A stretch of 64,000 bases of DNA, taken from Paramecium tetraurelia (Eukaryota). Made by a program: the position numbers and the translations under genes. Below, piece after piece: positions 57,531 to 64,000 of this stretch. The notes under the pieces were generated by a model. That model saw only the letters and a program-made list of their open reading frames with translations, had not been told where the DNA came from and searched no databases. The DNA lies in NCBI GenBank assembly GCA_000165425.1, contig CT868013.1, forward strand, positions 62,001 through 126,000. The letters run 5' to 3'. How positions within the stretch are numbered: position 1 is the first letter of the stretch; the number at the start of each line of letters is the position of its first letter.

Positions 57531-60500
57531 TCATAAACTCCATGTATCTTTCTCTCTTGCATCCAATTCAAATCCAAATTGAATAGAATCAACAACTTTA
57601 GGTCCACAATAGATACACTCACTAGCAACAATTTTATCAAACTTTTCTTTGGTTTCTCTCAATAGCTTCTCTTCATCTGGAGTTAATGTAGATTATGGTC
57701 TCTATTCCTATTTTGCTCCTCCAAAAATGTTCATAATTTAGAAAAAGGATTGACCATCTAAATAGAAAATATAGTCATTTATTACCTTATTATTTTTTAC
57801 TAGCATTCTGATTGGGATTGGATTTGACTAAAATAGATTACATTGTCATATCATATGTCTCTATCTATGGAATATTGGCTTGGTGTTGAGGCAAGGATTT
57901 AATCTTTGTAACTATGCAATCCTAATTATATTGGATAATTTTACTTTATGAAATCCATGATTACAAGGGAATATATAAAATGTATCATTGAATAGTTATT
58001 TAGCACAATGATCACATTTTTATTAAGTATCAATGATTAAGAACTTATTTTTTGTCATTTTCAATTCATTCTTTAATTAATCTGAATTTGCTGATAGCTT
58101 TTTCATTTCATCTTTTAATTTCTCAATCTCTTCATTATACTTCTTAAGAGAATTACAAATTTCATCTTTGAATTATTCAATCTTAATGTTTTCATTAAAG
58201 TGAGGCAAAAGATCTTCAATCTTAATTTACTAACTATTCTTCGTAAGTTCAATGACCTTGTCAATATCTTAATTCTAAGATAACAATCTTTCAGCGATCA
58301 TCATCCATAATTTCTTCTTTTTCTCATCATCATCTTCTGGTTTTTAAGCATACTCCTTAGCCTTCTCAATCATTCCATAATCTAAAGCTAATGTAACTGA
58401 TTCAGTATAAAGTGACATCATTCCATAAATAGTGATTTGAGCATCTATACAACTAGCCTATTTGAATAGTCTTAATGCAAAATCTAAATCAAAGTTTACT
58501 TTTTCAGTCTTTTTTAAGATGGCTTCTTATTCCTATAAGTAGTAATTAAGCTTTTCTTTTTATAATGGCTAAGTTAAGAAGAATATTAGGATGTTATGTA
58601 TACTTTTATCAGCACAATCTAATTTATTGATGGAATGTTCTAAGAATCTAATTCCAAATTCTCTTTTTTCTACAGGAATATTCATAAGACCACCTATGAT
58701 CTTAGTTTAATCAAACTTCTTAATATTCTTTTATAATATATCTAATGTTTATTCTGGTTCATGTCTCATAAGAATAAATGAATATTTTTAGATGATTTCC
58801 ATTGAACTCTTTTCCTTTACATTATTCAAGTTTTTGATGGCTTCTTTATAATTTTCTTCATTAATATAATGTTGAATGATCATCTCATAATTATTATTGA
58901 GTTTAGCATATTCAACACAATTTTACAATCTACCATGACTTACCATAATTTAATAAACAAGATTCTAATCTAATTCTAATTTATAAGTTTTCAAGAAGTG
59001 ATCTAGATCTTCATTTAATTGATTTAATTATTATTTCTTTTCTTTGATATCTTTGTCTCTCTAAGCATCATTCTCATAATTCCTAGTTTCATGTATTAAC
59101 TTCTCTTATTCATTCAATCTATAGATCAATAATTCTCCAAGCCATCCCAATACTAGAGTCCTTTCAATTTCTCCTTTCAAGTTATTGATTAAATGTTTGA
59201 GATACTATTCTAATCCAATTCTAGCTTTCATGTCATCGCAATTCAAAAATTTCAAGAAGATCTCTTCGAAATGTTTTGAAGACTTTTCGTAATATGTTGC
59301 AGCTTCATTATATCTTTTCTATTAGAATAGTTGATCTCCACATAATCCTGCAATGTATTTAGTGTATTCTGAATTATACTTGTTTGATATCTCATAAGCT
59401 TCAACGTACATTTTTTAATCCATCAACAATTTCCATGCTTCCTTATCTTCATCTTCAGTCTCAATCTTACAAAATGTCCTCTCGGAATAGATCCAAAAGA
59501 CTTAGCCATCTCTCTCATATTGCATACCCATTATTCTACCCATACCTCTGAGTTCATATTTTTAGACTTCCTATTAAGTGATTTTGCTGAATATGGTCAA
59601 AGAATCAGCACTCAAAATAAAGTAATGAAAGTCTGTTAATCCAATTTGAACTGGCATTTCTGAATAATTATTCACTGATTTCAATTGTTTAGCTTATTGT
59701 AAAATTGACTCATTCAAATCCTTCTCAGGAAGTGTGAATAAATTTAATGATTTGCCATTTGTAAATAGAAATGAATTTTTCTTTTGAGACACAGCCAATA
59801 AACTCGTGTGATAACGAGATGGTTATGATTCTGCTCTAGCAACACTTTGAGGGTCTTTGTATTTGGTAAATAAAATGCTTAAACTGTTTAATCCATAAAA
59901 GAAGAACAAACTAAAGTTGGTGGAAACAACAACACAAGCGTATTTATTATTATCGTACATCACTGTGAATTGTTCAATCTAATTGATTTACCTCTCGTTG
60001 GGAATGGTGACCATCAATTTTGCTTCTTCTTCTCTTACCTCTGCTTGTCTACAATCGATTCTATAAATATAGATTTTTGAATCTTTCGTCGCCAGTAGCA
60101 TTTCATGAGTGTCAGTTTCATCACATTGATCATCCCAACCCACACATTTGATTTGTTTTCCCTTTAATTGTTCCATTGATCGGATCCTGTCTGATCTTAC
60201 ATTGATATAAAAGCTTTCCCCGTTGTCTGACACTATCAAGGCATGTGGTCCAAATAAAAATAACTTCTCTAAGATAATATCCTTCCTCTCATTCTTCTTT
60301 CCTCCCAGCAACTTCCCTGTCAAACCACTTTATTGAACCTCTGGCAATTCCATCTACACACAATGATCGTCTCTCTCTGGTCTCCATCGATATATGTTAT
60401 TTTGTCTTGTTATTATCACAAACATATGTGAGGAGATTCCTGCCTACTTTATCTGCTCATTCTTTGGAAAATTGGGAATATCAAATGGCTTATTGACAAA

Positions 60501-60629
60501 CAATTCCACTCTTTATATCTCTTCCTTGTCAAATCCAACATCCTCAGGCTTACATTTAACATATACTCATACCTAATCCATGTGATCATCATTAATCCAT
60601 TGATTATCATCCATTCTACCTTGAAGCAT
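57531..60629 (-). CDS. VPS18: Vacuolar protein sorting 18 (Pep3), HOPS/CORVET subunit
   Basis: IKCVGWD, IGLTDFHYFIL, EDKEAWKLL, FEEIFLKFL, KIEDLLPHF, C-terminal RING (CDHC...PCNHGFH...CVSICG); TGA 57531-57533. Confidence 0.92.
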
Positions 60630-60684
60630 TTTATTTATAATTAATATTAATCAATAGATTTCATGTAATAATAAATCAATTTAA

Positions 60685-63600
60685 TCACTCATCATTTGGA
60701 ATTATAACACTAAAACGATAAGATTTTCTGGGGGTCTCCCATTTTCTTACTAAATCATTTATCTTCGATGGCTTCTATTTCAAATTCTTAAAGGATCTTT
60801 TCTTGTAAAAGTTGAGCAATTTCAATCTCTGCGTCTTTATTTTTTAAAATTTCATTATAAATTCATAAGGATAATACATAAATCGTATTAGCTAGGTAAT
60901 GGGCTTCATCAGTAAGGTATGATATTTCTACTCTATTTATAATATAATGTTCTCAATATTATGATTGACCATGTAGGAGCTGAAGTTCTTGACAACCTCA
61001 AATTACTCTATACCTTATTGCGCTTTAAGTGAAAAGTACAAAATTTGTAAATCGTATATAGATCTATCAATTGGAATTATTGTCTCCTCGTTGAAAATCT
61101 TATTGTACAATAATTCTATATTCTAATAAATACAATCCTGCATATCAATCTTCAATGATTCATCAGTATCAATCAAAGGAATTCTTTGATTTTATTGAGA
61201 ACACATCTTTTTGTATTTTGATAATTTAGCAGTCATAAATTTGTTAGTAGTTATCATGCATTATTACCTGGTTGATAATTTTAAATTCTATATTGAAGTA
61301 TTTTCACTCGAAACAATAGAATCATTAACATTTATTTACTTCTAAATTGATATTGCTTCTCCACTTTACAAAGAACACCTTGGCAATTGAATTGATTCCT
61401 ATCTTTTAAAATGAAATGTTTTATTTATTGGAGATTAATCATTTATATCAGATTTGCCATCATCGAAATCTTGTTCTTGTGTCAATTGTTTTGATAACTA
61501 ATTCTAAACTAGTTTAGGTTGCTCATTTTAAAAATATATTGCGAATTGTTCTATGATTTCTCTATCACATCTAGTCGAAAAAGATGTCTTTCCTCTCTTT
61601 TTAGATCTCCTAGTATATCTCCTATGTTGATCGTATGAATATTGATATCTTTTGACAATCAATTCTCTATCAATACTTAGAGATAAATTTGGACACTCTT
61701 TTAATCCATGCGTGTTGATATTGCAAGCTGCACAATATTACCCAAATAGTAAATGTTTAGGATTTACTTGGAGTACAAATTAATCTTTTAAATTACAATA
61801 CTTTTAATAATCCTTGGGATATTAGCGTATGATGGACACGAAATCTGACTAGAAATCTTAGAATATTAATTACCTTGCTTAATACAAGCAAACTCACGTA
61901 TCCTATTGCTTTGAAGGTTTATGCATTATCATTTTCTTCAATGAATTCTGAGACTTCCAAGAACTACCCTTGATTCTATACAGATTTTAAGGACACATTA
62001 AGAATATTTTGATATTACAATTAGCCTTATTCTACAAAACACAAATGAGGTTAATAAACCTCACTTAGAGTGTAAATGGAGAATGTATTCTAAGGCTAAA
62101 TTATTTTTCTTTTTATAAAAGGTGAAAGAGAATTCTGTAGTTCCAAACTGAAGTTTTTAAAGAGAAAATCGCAATGTTTGAAAAATACATTATTGGCTTA
62201 CTTTTTGAGATCCTGTTTCAATTCTTCAGATAATTCATTCAATAAGGTTTCTTCTTATTACAAATCGATTTCTGCTTCCTCCTTCCATCTAAAGGTCAAA
62301 TATTCTCTGATTCTATACTACAAAGAAAAAGGGATATTTCTTTGATGCATATATCTGTTGATGACTCTAATCTTTCTGCTTCTTTCCATAAAATGTTAGT
62401 TGATTTCTTTTATTATAGTGCCGATGGCATTAATACTGTACGAAAACCATAAGCAAGCACTTAAGATGAAGAATATTGCAACGATTTTTTCATTCCACGT
62501 TTTTGGTATATTATCACCATATCCAATGGTTAGCATAGTGACTATAGCAAAGTAGAATGCTTCTAAATATTAGAGTTGCCATTATTAATGATCCAATTCT
62601 TTAAAGATGATCCAGGAATTCCCCTAGTTTAATGAACTGTTGAAAAACCATATACAAGAAAATAAATGGAGAACATAAATCAAATAGATTATCAATTTAA
62701 ATAAATTGATGAATGCTTTTTGCTTTTTGGTGAAGTATTGGGATTCTTCACTCTTTTATAAGGTTTAGTTAATTTGATAGTGTTGAGTCAGAGATATTAA
62801 TAGCACCAAATATTTAAATTAATTTCCTTCATTTTTAGTAAAGTAGATTAATAAAAATATTAATGCGAAGTCTGAAATTGTCTATAGATTTAAATTCACT
62901 TAGATAATTTTCCATCTATCATATACTGCCTATCCACTCAAGTAACAAATAGTATTTAATCTCAATATATTATCAACTATTAATATGATGATAATAGTAA
63001 CTGTGAGACCCAGCAATTTCTCAAATAAAATTTGAGGGTTATATGCAATTTCTAATGGAATTAATATTAATAAAAGCAACCTAAAAACAATAGTGAAATA
63101 GTCCCAAACGATCTTTTTGAGGGATTCAGGATGTACTTATGGGATTTTAGATAGAATCTCATATATAGACTTTCTGCTTTATTAATATTTCTCTCTAATC
63201 CAAATGAGGAAGGGATGTTCATGCGAAGATAGAGTGCTATCACGAAATAATTTGGTGACATTGCGTATTTGAAAATGCTAATGATTATTTAATTTAAGAA
63301 TCTAAATCATCACTTAACTAAATAATATTGATGATACCTATCACTTGAATTATCGTTAATTAATTTGATGTGATTTTCATTGACATTTGATAACTTAGTT
63401 CTATTGTTCCTAATACGTTAGATGAATCGTTTCAGATAAAAATATTTCATTAAATTAGTGCCTGTCTTTTTGCAAGTGTTCTTTTTAATATCCTCATCCT
63501 AGTTGATTAATGGCTTCGTAATGTGTAAACAATTACCTCACAATTTCTACGAGTGTCTATATTTGTTGTTGATTTTATTGTGAAATTATTGGTGCTTGGA

Positions 63601-63740
63601 TTTCTTGTCCTTATTCTTGAAACCAAATCCGCTTCCAAATATTCCTTTTCATATTCATTTTGTTGTTCTGCCTATAATTCTATCTGAAGATTCTCAGGTT
63701 ATGAACTTAAGGCTGAAAATATTATATCAGTGCCATTCAT
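60685..63740 (-). CDS. Six-TM K+ channel of the cyclic-nucleotide-binding-domain (EAG/CNG-like) family
   Basis: S5 HLFSCIW, pore YFAIVTMLTIGYGDNIP, C-linker RIREYLTFRW, CNBD-like region; start at 63740 preferred, but the frame is open to an ATG at 63932. Confidence 0.9.
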
Positions 63741-64000
63741 TTATAAAATTATATACTCATTTAAAATCTATTTTTTTCTTGTTGTTATCCATAGAATTGT
63801 TTTCTTATTCTCAAAATCCTCTAAACCTCTCCTCTTTAATCTTATCATCATATTCTTCCTCCCATTTATCACCAAATTAGAATTGTTTTCACAAATTGTG
63901 ACTTCTGTCTCCCACTTGATTTTTCCCTTCATGTCTCTTTTAAGATTTCAAAAAAAGATGGTTCCCAAAGGACAGACAATATTGTTGCCAAAATATTATA

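Noticed and set aside
63745..64000. Coding-like sequence upstream of the K+ channel
   Set aside because: Could be an N-terminal extension from ATG 63932 or the 3' end of a neighbouring gene; it cannot be resolved at the window edge

Overview
AT-rich, very gene-dense eukaryotic DNA. It reads cleanly only in the ciliate nuclear code (TAA/TAG = Gln, TGA the sole stop), with tiny 21-30 nt GT..AG introns and intergenic spacers often under 50 nt. This is the signature of a Paramecium macronuclear chromosome; the species cannot be fixed from sequence alone. The supplied ORF track uses the standard code, so it fragments real genes and shows many antisense artefacts; I re-translated by eye. About 35 protein genes are supported, including a leishmanolysin protease, a PH-OSBP gene that looks broken, a histidine-phosphatase-family protein lacking its catalytic residues, IMP4, a CxxS thioredoxin, histone H2B, an auxilin-type J protein, STIMATE/TMEM110, RRP6, a sorting nexin, a lectin/crystallin secreted protein, a RING protein, a TDY MAP kinase, MCM5, an ArfGAP, PS decarboxylase, a ~1400-aa type I membrane protein, a MORN protein, a dual-cNMP-binding protein, a TTLL, two tandem hybrid histidine kinases, two tandem HSD17B10-like SDRs, VPS18 and a GYG K+ channel. 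I found no rRNA, tRNA, CRISPR array, telomere or transposon. The most notable observations are a TGATG stop/start overlap between the large membrane-protein gene and PS decarboxylase, an intact pseudo-phosphatase, an E2F/MCB-like motif pair upstream of MCM5, and an OSBP gene with a frameshifting deletion of its signature motif. Boundaries were read manually and may be off where intron choice is ambiguous.
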